This document shows positions 28,917-39,583 of a stretch of DNA of 39,583 nucleotides, piece by piece. The notes under the pieces are model-generated. The model was given only the letters and a program-made list of their open reading frames with translations, did no database searches and had not been told where the DNA came from. Positions within the stretch are counted from its first letter, which is position 1, and every line of letters begins with the position of its first letter. Position numbers and translations under genes: made by a program. The stretch lies in the sequence record SRR22947725_2655, one strand, 5' to 3'.

Positions 28917-31568
28917 ATGTCAGAAAAGGATATTGATCCGCAAGAAACCATTGAATGGTTAGAGGCCTTTAGATCTGTTGCTCGATTTGAGGGTCAAGAT
29001 AGAGCAAAGTACATCCTTCAAAAATTAATGGATATGGCCCATGAAGATGGGATGGATCTTCCAGATGGAGTCAATACAGCCTACTTAAACTCAATCCCAG
29101 TCGAAAAAGAAAGTGAATTAGTTGTTAAGCATGAGATCGAACATAGAATCAAATCCATCATTCGATGGAATGCAATGATTATGGTTGTTAAGGCTAACCA
29201 GGTTTCATCAGAACTTGGAGGGCATATTGCCTCTTTTGCCTCTAGCGCAACTCTTTATGAGGTCGGCTTTAATCATTTTTATCGAGGAAATGATTTAGAT
29301 CAGGGTGCGGACCTAATTTTTTTCCAAGGTCATATTGCGCCAGGTATATATTCAAGAGCTTTTCTTGAGGGAAGAATTTCTGAGAAACAGATGTTAAATT
29401 TTAGGCAAGAGGCTAATAAAGAGGGTTTATCTTCTTACCCGCATCCATGGCTCATGCCAGATTTTTGGGAATTTCCAACTGTCTCAATGGGGTTGGGGCC
29501 TATTATGGCCATATATCAAGCTCGCTTTATGAAGTATCTTCAGCACAGAGATATTATACAAACAGACAAAAGAACGGTCTGGGCATATATTGGTGATGGA
29601 GAAACAGATGAGCCAGAGTCACTTGGTGCAATTTCATTGGCTGGAAGAGAGAAGCTCGATAACCTTATATTTGTTATCAACTGCAACCTACAAAGACTTG
29701 ATGGTCCAGTGAGAGGAAACGGTAAGATTATTCAAGAGCTTGAAGGGATGTTCCGAGGCGCAGGCTGGAATGTTATTAAAGTGATCTGGGGCAGGGGATG
29801 GGATAAGCTACTTGCAAATGATACTTCTGGTCTTCTAAAACAAAGAATGGAAGAAGTTGTTGATGGAGAATACCAAGCCTATAAGGCAAAAGATGGAGCT
29901 TATGTTCGTAAACATTTTTTTGGGAAGTATCCAGAAACACTTAAACTGGTAGAACACATGTCAGATGATGAGATTTTTGGACTTACTCGAGGAGGTCATG
30001 ATCCAAATAAGGTTTATCAGGCTTATAAAGCTGCCAAAGAACACATTGGCCAGCCTACTGTAATTTTGGCAAAGACAGTTAAAGGCTATGGTATGGGCGA
30101 AGCTGGTGAAGGAAAAAATACCACTCATAGTCAAAAGAAATTAGGTGTAGATGCACTGGTCCGAGTTGCTGAGCGTTTTGATATACCTGTCACTCAGAAA
30201 GATGCTGAAGAGCTCAACTTTTATAAGCCTGCTGAAGATAGTGAGGAGTTAACGTACTTAAGATCAAGAAGAGAAGCATTGGGCGGTTATTTACCAACAA
30301 GAAGCTTTGAACTTGAGTCTTTCAAGATCCCTGATTTAATTACATTTAAGCCCCTTTTAAAATCTACTGAAGGAAAAGAGATGTCAAGCACTATGGCATT
30401 TGTTCGTTTTTTATCTCTTCTCATTAGGGATAAGGAGATTGGTCCAAGGGTTGTTCCTATTGTTCCTGATGAGGCAAGAACATTTGGGATGGAGGGGTTA
30501 TTTAGACAAATGGGCATCTACTCATCATCAGGCCAACTTTATGAGCCTGAAGATTCCGATAAAGTGATGTGGTACAAGGAAGATATCAAAGGCCAAGTAT
30601 TGCAAGAGGGGATTAATGAAGCTGGAGCAATTTCTGATTGGATTGCTGCTGCTACAGCCTATGCATCTCACAACGTAACAATGATTCCGTTCTATATTTA
30701 TTACTCTAAGTTTGGCTTTCAAAGAGTGGGTGATCTCGCTTGGGCTGCTGGAGATATGCAGTCAAAGGGTTTCTTGATGGGTGGAACAGCCGGCAGAACA
30801 ACACTGGCTGGTGAGGGTCTTCAACATCAAGATGGAGATTCTTTGATCGTTGCCAATACAATACCTAACTGTGTTTCATATGATCCAACCTATGCATATG
30901 AACTTGCTGTCATTCTTAGGGATGGAATGCACCGCATGTATGAAAAGATGGAAAACATTTTCTATTATGTTACTTTGATGAATGAGAACTACCCGCATCC
31001 AGAGATTCCTAAAGGGGTCGAAGAGGGAATTATTAAAGGAATTTACCCATTAAAAACTGTTGGTAATTCTGAAATTGAGGTTGAGCTATTAGGTAGTGGT
31101 GCGATTCTTAGAGAAGTTGAAAAAGCTGCTGATATTCTTGAAAAAGATTGGGGTGTTATGTCTCATGTTTGGAGTGTAACAAGTTTTAATGAGGTCACAA
31201 GAGAGGCTCAACGTGTAGACAGAGATAACCTTTATAACACCAGTAAAACGAATCAAGTTCCTTACATCACGAAGTGCTTCAGTAAGTCAAAAGGTCCAAT
31301 AATTGCTGCTACTGATTACATGCGAAACTATGCAGAACAAATTAGAAAATATATCCCCTCGCGTTATGAGGTCTTAGGTACAGATGGATTTGGAAGATCT
31401 GATTCAAGAAAAGAGCTTAGATATTTCTTCGAGGTCAACGCTAATTATATTGTTTTTGTTACGCTTAAGGCACTTGTAGATGATGGATTACTAGAGCCCA
31501 AGACAATAAAAACAGCAATCAAGAAGCTCAATATTGATAAAGATAAGTCAAATCCAATGCATTCTTAA
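28917..31568 (+). CDS. aceE: Pyruvate dehydrogenase E1, homodimeric type
   Basis: DIDPQETIEW, TVSMGLGP, GDGETDEPE and GEGLQHQDG motifs. Confidence 0.98.
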   Translation: MSEKDIDPQETIEWLEAFRSVARFEGQDRAKYILQKLMDMAHEDGMDLPDGVNTAYLNSIPVEKESELVVKHEIEHRIKSIIRWNAMIMVVKANQVSSELGGHIASFASSATLYEVGFNHFYRGNDLDQGADLIFFQGHIAPGIYSRAFLEGRISEKQMLNFRQEANKEGLSSYPHPWLMPDFWEFPTVSMGLGPIMAIYQARFMKYLQHRDIIQTDKRTVWAYIGDGETDEPESLGAISLAGREKLDNLIFVINCNLQRLDGPVRGNGKIIQELEGMFRGAGWNVIKVIWGRGWDKLLANDTSGLLKQRMEEVVDGEYQAYKAKDGAYVRKHFFGKYPETLKLVEHMSDDEIFGLTRGGHDPNKVYQAYKAAKEHIGQPTVILAKTVKGYGMGEAGEGKNTTHSQKKLGVDALVRVAERFDIPVTQKDAEELNFYKPAEDSEELTYLRSRREALGGYLPTRSFELESFKIPDLITFKPLLKSTEGKEMSSTMAFVRFLSLLIRDKEIGPRVVPIVPDEARTFGMEGLFRQMGIYSSSGQLYEPEDSDKVMWYKEDIKGQVLQEGINEAGAISDWIAAATAYASHNVTMIPFYIYYSKFGFQRVGDLAWAAGDMQSKGFLMGGTAGRTTLAGEGLQHQDGDSLIVANTIPNCVSYDPTYAYELAVILRDGMHRMYEKMENIFYYVTLMNENYPHPEIPKGVEEGIIKGIYPLKTVGNSEIEVELLGSGAILREVEKAADILEKDWGVMSHVWSVTSFNEVTREAQRVDRDNLYNTSKTNQVPYITKCFSKSKGPIIAATDYMRNYAEQIRKYIPSRYEVLGTDGFGRSDSRKELRYFFEVNANYIVFVTLKALVDDGLLEPKTIKTAIKKLNIDKDKSNPMHS

Positions 31569-31574
31569 GAGTTA

Positions 31575-31919
31575 ATGAATACAGAACAGTGCCTTAAAAT
31601 AATTCGATCAGAATCAGAAATAAGCTTTTCTGATTTTATTGAATTAATAGATAGTGAATATTGGTTCTCAAATATTGCATTTGAGAATGGCAATATCTTA
31701 AATTCAATCAACGAAAACCAAGGCTCTGCTAAAGTATTTTGTTTTGGTCGTATGCATTCACTCTCTAAACAGGAAACGCTTAAATGCTTTGGAGAGCACT
31801 ATAAATCAGTATTAGAGTCTCCTGAGGATACAAAATCCCATTTAAATATTAGAAGTTTTATTGAAAACAGTTGGAAGGGATTGTTAATTGATTACGACGC
31901 ATTAACGATCAAAAATTAA
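31575..31919 (+). CDS. HopJ-family small protein
   Basis: ENQGSAKVF, FGEHY and HLNIRSF motifs. Confidence 0.8.
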   Translation: MNTEQCLKIIRSESEISFSDFIELIDSEYWFSNIAFENGNILNSINENQGSAKVFCFGRMHSLSKQETLKCFGEHYKSVLESPEDTKSHLNIRSFIENSWKGLLIDYDALTIKN

Positions 31920-31924
31920 TCAAC

Positions 31925-33103
31925 ATGGATCAGGCAATCTCATTAGAACAAAGCAAAGCCTATGATAACGGCGTTTATGCAACTTTTCTTGGTGCTTTTC
32001 TTGTGCTTTTTCAAATTGGAATATATTTTGTATACATTCCTTGGAATGCCGAAAGACTTCAAATTACAGAAGCTGAGATTGGAATGGGATTATTTGCTTT
32101 TGGAATTTTAAATTTAATTGGTAACCAAATCTCAGGGCGCCTCATTGTTCCAAAAATAGGCACTAAAAACTCAATTGTTATTGGTCTTTTGGGGATTGCC
32201 TATTGCCCTCTACTTCTGATACTTTCTCCAAACTATTATTGGTTTTTAATTTCGTTTATGCCCTTTGGTTTTTTTGTTGGGCTATTTAGTCCATCATCTC
32301 AATCTCAGATCTCAATGATTGAAAGCAAGACATCCAGGATTCTAACGCCACTTTATCATGCAGCTTTTAGTTTTGGCTCCCTAATGGGCGCTTTTAGTGC
32401 ATTTTTTACTATTAGGTATATAGATAACCCAATATTAATATTTTCAGTAACAGGCACCTTGTTAGTAATTGGGGCAATTTTGATATACAAATTTGGACTT
32501 AATAAATCATTTGAAACTCTTGAGAAAACACCAAAATTTAAATTACCTAAAAAAGCAATATTGATTTTTGGCATTTTAATGATGCTTAATTACGCCACAA
32601 TGGGGATTATTTTGGATTGGTCTGCCCTCTGGCTAACAAAGGATTTATTGATTCCTTTATACCTTGGGGGTGCAGTAATTTTTGCATTTAATATTGGCGA
32701 GATAAGTGCCAGGTTAATTGCTTCAAAAATGATTAAGAAGGGTAATGAAAAGATTGTTGGTGGGTACCTTAGTATTGCTGCAGGTGTGATATTATTTTTT
32801 TCAATATTGACTTCTAATTTCTATATTATCGTTTTTGGAATGCTGCTCTTTGGTTTTGGAACAGCTAATTTTATAGCCATTATATTTCGATTGGCAATTC
32901 GTATCACAGATGAGCCGATTGGTCTAACTGTTGCTAATTTGATAACCCTTGGCTTTGCTGGTTTTATTTTTGGACCTGCTTTGGTTGGTTATTTGGCAGA
33001 ATTCTTAAGCCTTACGTTCAATATGTATTTATTAAGTGTTGTTTGGGGTCTTAATGGAGCAGCCCTTTTAGTAATGATGAGGCGTGTTAATTCTGGTAAT
33101 TAG
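31925..33103 (+). CDS. MFS transporter
   Basis: About 12 hydrophobic segments, with HAAFSFG, DWSALWL and GPALVG motifs. Confidence 0.85.
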   Translation: MDQAISLEQSKAYDNGVYATFLGAFLVLFQIGIYFVYIPWNAERLQITEAEIGMGLFAFGILNLIGNQISGRLIVPKIGTKNSIVIGLLGIAYCPLLLILSPNYYWFLISFMPFGFFVGLFSPSSQSQISMIESKTSRILTPLYHAAFSFGSLMGAFSAFFTIRYIDNPILIFSVTGTLLVIGAILIYKFGLNKSFETLEKTPKFKLPKKAILIFGILMMLNYATMGIILDWSALWLTKDLLIPLYLGGAVIFAFNIGEISARLIASKMIKKGNEKIVGGYLSIAAGVILFFSILTSNFYIIVFGMLLFGFGTANFIAIIFRLAIRITDEPIGLTVANLITLGFAGFIFGPALVGYLAEFLSLTFNMYLLSVVWGLNGAALLVMMRRVNSGN

Positions 33104-33309
33104 TAGTGGGGCGGCTTATCATCATTGATTTGACTGTCATTAGAGGCTGAGTCAGAGTTACTCAACAACTTTTCATTGGTTTCTTTAAGTTTGGAGTTGA
33201 GTTGCTCAATCTTCTCACCTTGACGAAATACTACCATATTTAGATCATCAATCATATTCTGGAGATAGGCAATCTTTTCTTCAAGTGATACTAGTTTTTC
33301 ATCTGACAT
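33100..33309 (-). CDS. slyX: SlyX family protein
   Basis: LEEKIAY...LN and C-terminal PPHY. ATG at 33309 after a GGAGG SD. Confidence 0.9.
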   Translation of the reverse strand: MSDEKLVSLEEKIAYLQNMIDDLNMVVFRQGEKIEQLNSKLKETNEKLLSNSDSASNDSQINDDKPPHY

Positions 33310-33324
33310 AATTCTATCCTCCAT

Positions 33325-33346
33325 AAAAAAGCCACCTTGCGGTGGC
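33325..33346 (-). terminator. Intrinsic terminator after pnp
   Basis: GCCACC-GCAA-GGTGGC-TTTTTT on the minus strand. Confidence 0.9.
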
Positions 33347-33354
33347 TTTTATTT

Positions 33355-35445
33355 TTACTTCTCTATTAGAACTTTTCTCGAAAGTTTGATTCGTCCTCGG
33401 TCTATCCCAAGAACCTTAACTTCAATTTCTTCACCTTCTTTAAGATAGTCTTCAACTTTCTCAACTCTCTCATGAGCAATTTCAGAAACATGTAAGAGGC
33501 CATCTTGATTAGGCATGATTGTAATAAAAGCTCCAAACTCAACTATTTTGGCAACCTTGCCCATGTAAACTTTATTTACTTCAGGAACAGCAGTTACGTC
33601 CTTGACCATTTGAACTGCTTTTTCAAAGCTTTCAGAGTCATTAGCAAAAACATTAACATTTCCATCATCGTCAACATCTACACTAGCTCCAGATTGAGCA
33701 ACAATTCCTCTAATAGTCTCACCACCTTTTCCAATAACATCTCTGATCTTATCAGTCGGTATTTTGATAACTTTAGTTTTAGGGGCATTCTTGGAAGCCG
33801 AATTAGGCTCTGAAATAACCTCATTCATTTGACCCAGAATATTTAGTCTTGCATCTTTGGCTTGCTTAAGTGCAATAGACATAATGTCTTCAGTGATACC
33901 GTCTATCTTAATATCCATTTGAAGGGCATTAATACCTTTTGTGGTTCCTGCAACCTTAAAGTCCATGTCACCCAGGTGATCCTCGTCACCTAAGATGTCT
34001 GTTAGAACTGTAAAGCGTTCATCATCTTTTACTAAGCCCATTGCAATACCTGCAACTGGTGCCTTTAGTGGGACACCTGCATCCATCAGAGATAGTGACG
34101 AACCACAGACACTTGCCATAGAGCTAGATCCATTTGACTCTGTAATTTCAGAAACAACTCTGATAGTGTATGGAAATTCCTCTAAATTTGGAAGACACGC
34201 TGAGATGCCTCTGCGCGCAAGCCTTCCGTGACCAACTTCACGTCTCTTTACGCCCATAACTCTGCCCGTCTCACCAACACAGTAAGGAGGGAAGTTGTAA
34301 TGAAGCATGAAATGATCTTCAATTCGGTCATTCGATTCCAGTTTTTCAATTAACTGCGCGTCTCTCTTAGACCCAAGAGTAGTAACAACTAAAGCCTGAG
34401 TTTCACCTCTTGTGAAAAGAGCAGAGCCGTGCGTATTTTCAAGAACCCCAGTTTCGATTGCAAGCTCTCTAACAGTTGAGTTATCTCTGCCATCAATTCT
34501 TGGTTCACCAGCTAAAATTCTCTCTCTAACAGTTGATTTTTCAATTTTTTTAATATAATTTTTAACTTCATCTTGGCTTATTGAGTCATCTTCACTCACA
34601 AACTCTTCTAATGCAGCATCTTTAACTTCACCCATTTTTTCATAACGCTCCATCTTATCAACAGTTTGATAAGCTTCAGCAATTTGACTTTCAAATTTAG
34701 ATTTGATTGCTGTCAATAGGGTCTCATTGTCTGCTGGAGCAACCCATTCTCGAGGAGCAATACCAACTTCTTTGGCAAATTCAGCAACGTTATCAATTAC
34801 TACTTGAAATTGCTCATGAGCATACATGACACCTCCAAGCATAACTTCTTCTGAGAGTTCACTTGCTTCTGACTCAACCATTAATACTGCATCCTTAGTT
34901 CCTGCCACAACCATATCTAACTCAGATGTTTCTAATTCTGAATAGGTTGGATTAACAATATAGCTTCCATCTTTAAAGCCAACTCGCGCTGCACCAATTG
35001 GGCCTTTAAAAGGAACACCAGAAATTGCCAGTGCAGCTGAAGTTCCAAGCATAGCTAGAACATCCGGATCAACATTTTTGTTAGCAGAGATCACTTGGAT
35101 CATTACCTGTACTTCATTCATATAGCCATTTGGAAATAGTGGACGAATAGGGCGATCAATTAGTCTAGAAGTTAGTGTTTCTTTTTCGCTAGGCCTTCCC
35201 TCTCTCTTAAGGAAACCTCCTGGAATTTTTCCAGCAGCATATGTTTTTTCAATGTAGTCTACCGATAAAGGGAAGAATGATTGACCTGGCTTTGCTTCTT
35301 TTGCACCAACAACACTGACTAGTACTTGTGTGTCATCCATGCTTGCTAAGACAGCACCATGAGCCTGTCTTGCAACCCTGCCAGTTTCGAAAGTAATTTG
35401 ACTATTGCCAAACGTAAAACTTTTTTGAACTATATTCATGTCCAT
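33355..35445 (-). CDS. pnp: Polyribonucleotide nucleotidyltransferase
   Basis: [24 protein letters not shown] and GDMDFKVAG motifs, plus KH and S1 domains. Confidence 0.98.
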   Translation of the reverse strand: MDMNIVQKSFTFGNSQITFETGRVARQAHGAVLASMDDTQVLVSVVGAKEAKPGQSFFPLSVDYIEKTYAAGKIPGGFLKREGRPSEKETLTSRLIDRPIRPLFPNGYMNEVQVMIQVISANKNVDPDVLAMLGTSAALAISGVPFKGPIGAARVGFKDGSYIVNPTYSELETSELDMVVAGTKDAVLMVESEASELSEEVMLGGVMYAHEQFQVVIDNVAEFAKEVGIAPREWVAPADNETLLTAIKSKFESQIAEAYQTVDKMERYEKMGEVKDAALEEFVSEDDSISQDEVKNYIKKIEKSTVRERILAGEPRIDGRDNSTVRELAIETGVLENTHGSALFTRGETQALVVTTLGSKRDAQLIEKLESNDRIEDHFMLHYNFPPYCVGETGRVMGVKRREVGHGRLARRGISACLPNLEEFPYTIRVVSEITESNGSSSMASVCGSSLSLMDAGVPLKAPVAGIAMGLVKDDERFTVLTDILGDEDHLGDMDFKVAGTTKGINALQMDIKIDGITEDIMSIALKQAKDARLNILGQMNEVISEPNSASKNAPKTKVIKIPTDKIRDVIGKGGETIRGIVAQSGASVDVDDDGNVNVFANDSESFEKAVQMVKDVTAVPEVNKVYMGKVAKIVEFGAFITIMPNQDGLLHVSEIAHERVEKVEDYLKEGEEIEVKVLGIDRGRIKLSRKVLIEK

Positions 35446-35470
35446 TGTGTTACTCCAATAAAATAAAAAA

Positions 35471-35556
35471 TGTTTTATGGTTTAACGCAATAAGCTTTAT
35501 ATAAAACATACCTTGCAGGTATGCTTGAGATAAAACTTACCTAAATCCATAAAACA
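35471..35556 (-). promoter_or_regulatory. Long stem-loop in the pnp 5' UTR (probable RNase III substrate)
   Basis: Nested helices TGTTTTATGG/CCATAAAACA, TAAGTTTTAT/ATAAAGCTTA and CATACCT/AGGTATG. A GATAAT -10 box lies at 35567-35562. Confidence 0.8.
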
Positions 35557-35645
35557 GTTGAATTATCCCCTAATTTTTTTCCTCAGATAAACTAATTTAT
35601 TAGTTGTTAGAATGCTTAATATGGCTATAAATTAGCATATTTTGC

Positions 35646-36764
35646 TTAAATTTTAGGGTGTGTTTCTTCTAAAAGTGATAACGAAGAAAATTGAATGGCA
35701 AGAGGCTTATTTTTATCGTTAACTTTAATCTTTCTAGTGTTACAAAAATCAATGATCGAATCATCAAGAATATCGTTTATTCTTAATGTATTTCCATTGA
35801 TAAATACAACTAACTCTTTATCAATAAATTGATATGCAATTCGACTTAAAGGATGGAGGCTGTAAGTTACAGACTCTTTAATCACTACAGGGTCTTCAAA
35901 TGCAACTATCTCGTTTAATTTTTCTTCATCTAAGGGGTCTAGTTTTGTCACAAAACACCCAAAAAACGTATCAGGTAAATCACTATTTTGTAATAATTTG
36001 TGTGATTTTTCAATAGCTGAATAGGGTATTTCAGCCGAGCTGTTAGAATCTAACCATAATGGATCTTCATAATAGGAATTGTTGTATTTGTCTATCGTTA
36101 GCTCAAGGGATTCTAACATTTCGTTAGCTGAGTAAGATCTATAACCAATTGAGAGAGTTATGCATTCACTGTCGATACTTTCTCCGTGGTGAGCTATTCC
36201 AGGCGGTATATAAACTATATCTCCAGGCTCTGCCACCCAAGTCTTTTCTATTTCAAAGTTTTCCATGATTCGAAGCGGACTATTTGGAACATAATTGTTG
36301 GGATTACAGTCTATCGAACTTATTTGCCATTTTCTTTTTCCATGTCCTTGAAGTAAAAAAACGTCATAATGATCATAATGAGGGCCGACACTTCCTCCTA
36401 AAGAGGCAAACGAAATCATTATGTCATCAAATCGCCATCTCGGAATAAAGTTGAATTCATCTATCAGTTCATAGATTTCTTGCACATGCTTGTCTACGCC
36501 TTGAACCAATAATGTCCATTCATTATGGGGAGTATTTTTAAAAGAGTTATCATTGAATGGGCCATTCTCTAGAGTCCATATATTTTTTAAAATGGAGCCC
36601 TTAATAATCCTAGACTCAAATTCCTCTTCACACGATAAACCAGCAAGCTCATTAGGGGATAAAGGTGAAATGAAGTTAGGAATTGCATTCTTGATAAGTA
36701 TTGGTTTTTTTTGCCAGTACTCTTTCAAGAATTCTTCTTTTGAAATGCCGCCAAAATGAATCAT
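35646..36764 (-). CDS. JmjC/cupin-4 2OG oxygenase (RoxA/YcfD-like ribosomal protein uL16 hydroxylase)
   Basis: YWQKKP, WRFDDIMIS, VGPHYDHYDVFLLQG and YIPPGIAH motifs. Confidence 0.88.
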   Translation of the reverse strand: MIHFGGISKEEFLKEYWQKKPILIKNAIPNFISPLSPNELAGLSCEEEFESRIIKGSILKNIWTLENGPFNDNSFKNTPHNEWTLLVQGVDKHVQEIYELIDEFNFIPRWRFDDIMISFASLGGSVGPHYDHYDVFLLQGHGKRKWQISSIDCNPNNYVPNSPLRIMENFEIEKTWVAEPGDIVYIPPGIAHHGESIDSECITLSIGYRSYSANEMLESLELTIDKYNNSYYEDPLWLDSNSSAEIPYSAIEKSHKLLQNSDLPDTFFGCFVTKLDPLDEEKLNEIVAFEDPVVIKESVTYSLHPLSRIAYQFIDKELVVFINGNTLRINDILDDSIIDFCNTRKIKVNDKNKPLAIQFSSLSLLEETHPKI

Positions 36765-36870
36765 TTTATTTCTAATATTTTTTTATTTAATTATCTATTA
36801 ACATATAGTCTTATTTAGAATATTATTCTAATCTTTTAAAGATAATTTTTATTTCAATTTTTTTACTGGC

Positions 36871-37668
36871 ATGGCGGTTCAAGAAGAAATTAATTTGGCC
36901 ACAATTATTGACTTGCAAAAGCACCCCATTAATGAAGATCATTACAGGGAAAAATGTAAAGCTGAGTTAGATAAAAGCGGCGTGCTTGTTCTAGATAATT
37001 TTCTGTATGAGAGCTCTATTAAAAGCATCCTTTCTGAAGCGAAAAAACAAGAGAACTTAGCTTATTATTGTGTCAATGAGCATAATGTCTACCTTGATCC
37101 ATTTGACAAAAATCTAAGTAAAACCCATCCTCGAAATAAAACAGTAACCAGCTCAAAGGGCTGTATAACAGATGATCAAGTTCCTAAAAAATCATCTCTA
37201 AGAGCTCTATATAACTCGCTAAAATTCAAGGATTTCCTATGTGATGTACTTGATGAAACAGTTTTATATAAGTACGATGATAATTTATCTTCAATCAATA
37301 TTCACTTTGCCAAAGAAGGGCAAGAACTTGGGTGGCATTTTGACAACTCTTCATTTGCGATTACTCTTTTAATACAAAAGCCAAAAGCTGGAGGTCAATT
37401 TGAATATATCAGACAATTTAGAAATTCAAATAATAAAGACAACAATTATGATGGTGTCTTAAATTTACTAAACGGTAATTATATTCCTGAAAAATTATCA
37501 ATGGAAAACGGCACTCTTGTTTTATTTAGAGGAAAGGATGCGATTCACCGAGTTACCCCTACAATTGGAGATACAACTCGAATATTGTCAGTTTTAGCTT
37601 ACAACTCAAGACCTGATGTCAGTCTTTCAGAGTCAGCAAGAATGACTTTTTTTGGAAAGCTTTATTGA
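36871..37668 (+). CDS. BesD/HalD-fold Fe(II)/2OG oxygenase with an HxD triad (predicted hydroxylase)
   Basis: LGWHFDNSSF, GGQFEY and LFRG...HRVTP...R motifs. Confidence 0.75.
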   Translation: MAVQEEINLATIIDLQKHPINEDHYREKCKAELDKSGVLVLDNFLYESSIKSILSEAKKQENLAYYCVNEHNVYLDPFDKNLSKTHPRNKTVTSSKGCITDDQVPKKSSLRALYNSLKFKDFLCDVLDETVLYKYDDNLSSINIHFAKEGQELGWHFDNSSFAITLLIQKPKAGGQFEYIRQFRNSNNKDNNYDGVLNLLNGNYIPEKLSMENGTLVLFRGKDAIHRVTPTIGDTTRILSVLAYNSRPDVSLSESARMTFFGKLY

Positions 37669-37671
37669 TTT

Positions 37672-38307
37672 ATGAAAAAAAATACTCAAGGATTAAAACT
37701 TTACGACTCTCTTGATCTCTCAGAAAGTGAAAATAAAAAAAAGTTATTAGATATTTATCAAAAATGGGCTGCGTTATATGACAAAGACAATGATGACGAA
37801 TTAGGAACAGTATCTCAGCCGAACTCTGTTCAAACTTTTCAAAGATATGTTAAAGATAAATCCAAATACATAATTGATGTTGGTTGTGGCACAGGTTTGG
37901 TTGGCCTTCAACTTAAAAAACTTGGATATAAAAACTTTGATGGTGTAGATATTTCACAGGAAATGATTGATATTGCAATTGATAGAGGCTATGAATCTTT
38001 ATTTCTTGGAAACCTTAATGAAACCCTTCCTATCAAGAGTAATCAATATGAAGCGGCAATATGTGTTGGAGTTTTTACTCATGGCCATGTTGGCCCAAGT
38101 CGGCTTGAGGAGCTTACAAGAATTGTCAAACCTGGTGGAATATTATGTTTTACAGTGAATGAGGATGTTTATGAATCCTATGGTTTTGATGAAGCAATTA
38201 AGTCGCAAGAATTAGCTGGGGTATGGAAGGTATTAGAGCTTAGTAAGAAGGACTATATGATGAAAAAAAATGTTAAAGGTCTCTACTGTATTGCTGAAGT
38301 AATCTAA
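37672..38307 (+). CDS. Class I SAM-dependent methyltransferase
   Basis: IDVGCGTGLVG, GVDISQEM, CVGVFTHGH and KPGG motifs. Confidence 0.9.
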   Translation: MKKNTQGLKLYDSLDLSESENKKKLLDIYQKWAALYDKDNDDELGTVSQPNSVQTFQRYVKDKSKYIIDVGCGTGLVGLQLKKLGYKNFDGVDISQEMIDIAIDRGYESLFLGNLNETLPIKSNQYEAAICVGVFTHGHVGPSRLEELTRIVKPGGILCFTVNEDVYESYGFDEAIKSQELAGVWKVLELSKKDYMMKKNVKGLYCIAEVI

Positions 38308-38356
38308 ATGATGCTAATTAATTCATTAAAATGAATTTTTTTTAAACTTAATCAAC

Positions 38357-38668
38357 ATGAAGAAGACATTTCATTTAGTTCACCCTAAAATAAAACCTGC
38401 TAGGCTTATTGAGGCGGTCAGGCGTGACGTAAAAAAATATATTAAAAGAGAGAAGAGAAAGTTATTACCTGAAGGTGTTGATTATTGGGATTTTGATTGC
38501 AAGTATGGTCCCACAGAGGCTAAAGCTGAAATTATTTTAACTTCAGAGATTAGTAAATGTATTACTGAGGCAGAGGCTGAAAATTTAGAATCATTTTATT
38601 TAGAGATTCTTGCCAAACCTGGCCACAAAAAAACCTACAAAACTTCTGAGACGCCAATCAAAGACTAA
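38357..38668 (+). CDS. Conserved small protein (DUF6172-like)
   Basis: MKKTF...KYIKREKRK..LPEGVDYWDFDC...FYLEILAKPG. Confidence 0.7.
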   Translation: MKKTFHLVHPKIKPARLIEAVRRDVKKYIKREKRKLLPEGVDYWDFDCKYGPTEAKAEIILTSEISKCITEAEAENLESFYLEILAKPGHKKTYKTSETPIKD

Positions 38669-38677
38669 AAGAATTTT

Positions 38678-39583
<906 letters not shown>

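Noticed and set aside
31575-31919. HopJ as a type III secretion effector
   Set aside because: The family is widespread in non-pathogenic bacteria and no secretion genes are present in the window.
36871-37668. Radical halogenase call
   Set aside because: The HxD carboxylate is retained, whereas halogenases have Gly or Ala at that position.

Overview
This AT-rich, densely packed window comes from a streamlined marine gammaproteobacterium. The gene content and style suggest the SUP05/Thioglobaceae clade, which is my inference. Most of it is housekeeping: partial pepN, pncC, dusA, ftsA, lpxC, ilvIHC, pssA, leuA, queH, argDF, hpf, mgtE, algC, aceE, slyX, pnp, roxA-like and partial guaB. An accessory block at about 16-27 kb holds two LysE exporters, a VOC protein, a GNAT, an EhuABCD-type transporter split by an Lrp regulator, a cytoplasmic BisC/DMSO-reductase-family enzyme, an HxlR-oxidoreductase pair and a DmdA-like demethylase. 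A BesD-fold 2OG-Fe oxygenase sits next to a methyltransferase near the right end. I found no rRNA, tRNA, CRISPR array or mobile element. Five observations stand out. (1) ftsA abuts lpxC with no ftsZ between them, and this FtsA lacks the conserved Arg used for FtsZ binding. (2) A complete-looking arginine leader-peptide attenuator precedes argD-argF. (3) A Leu-rich leader peptide with no intrinsic terminator precedes leuA. (4) Structured RNA leaders precede pnp and mgtE. (5) The ehu-like transporter is linked to an S-oxide reductase rather than to ectoine catabolic genes. All protein and RNA-structure calls were made by eye, without database searches or folding software.
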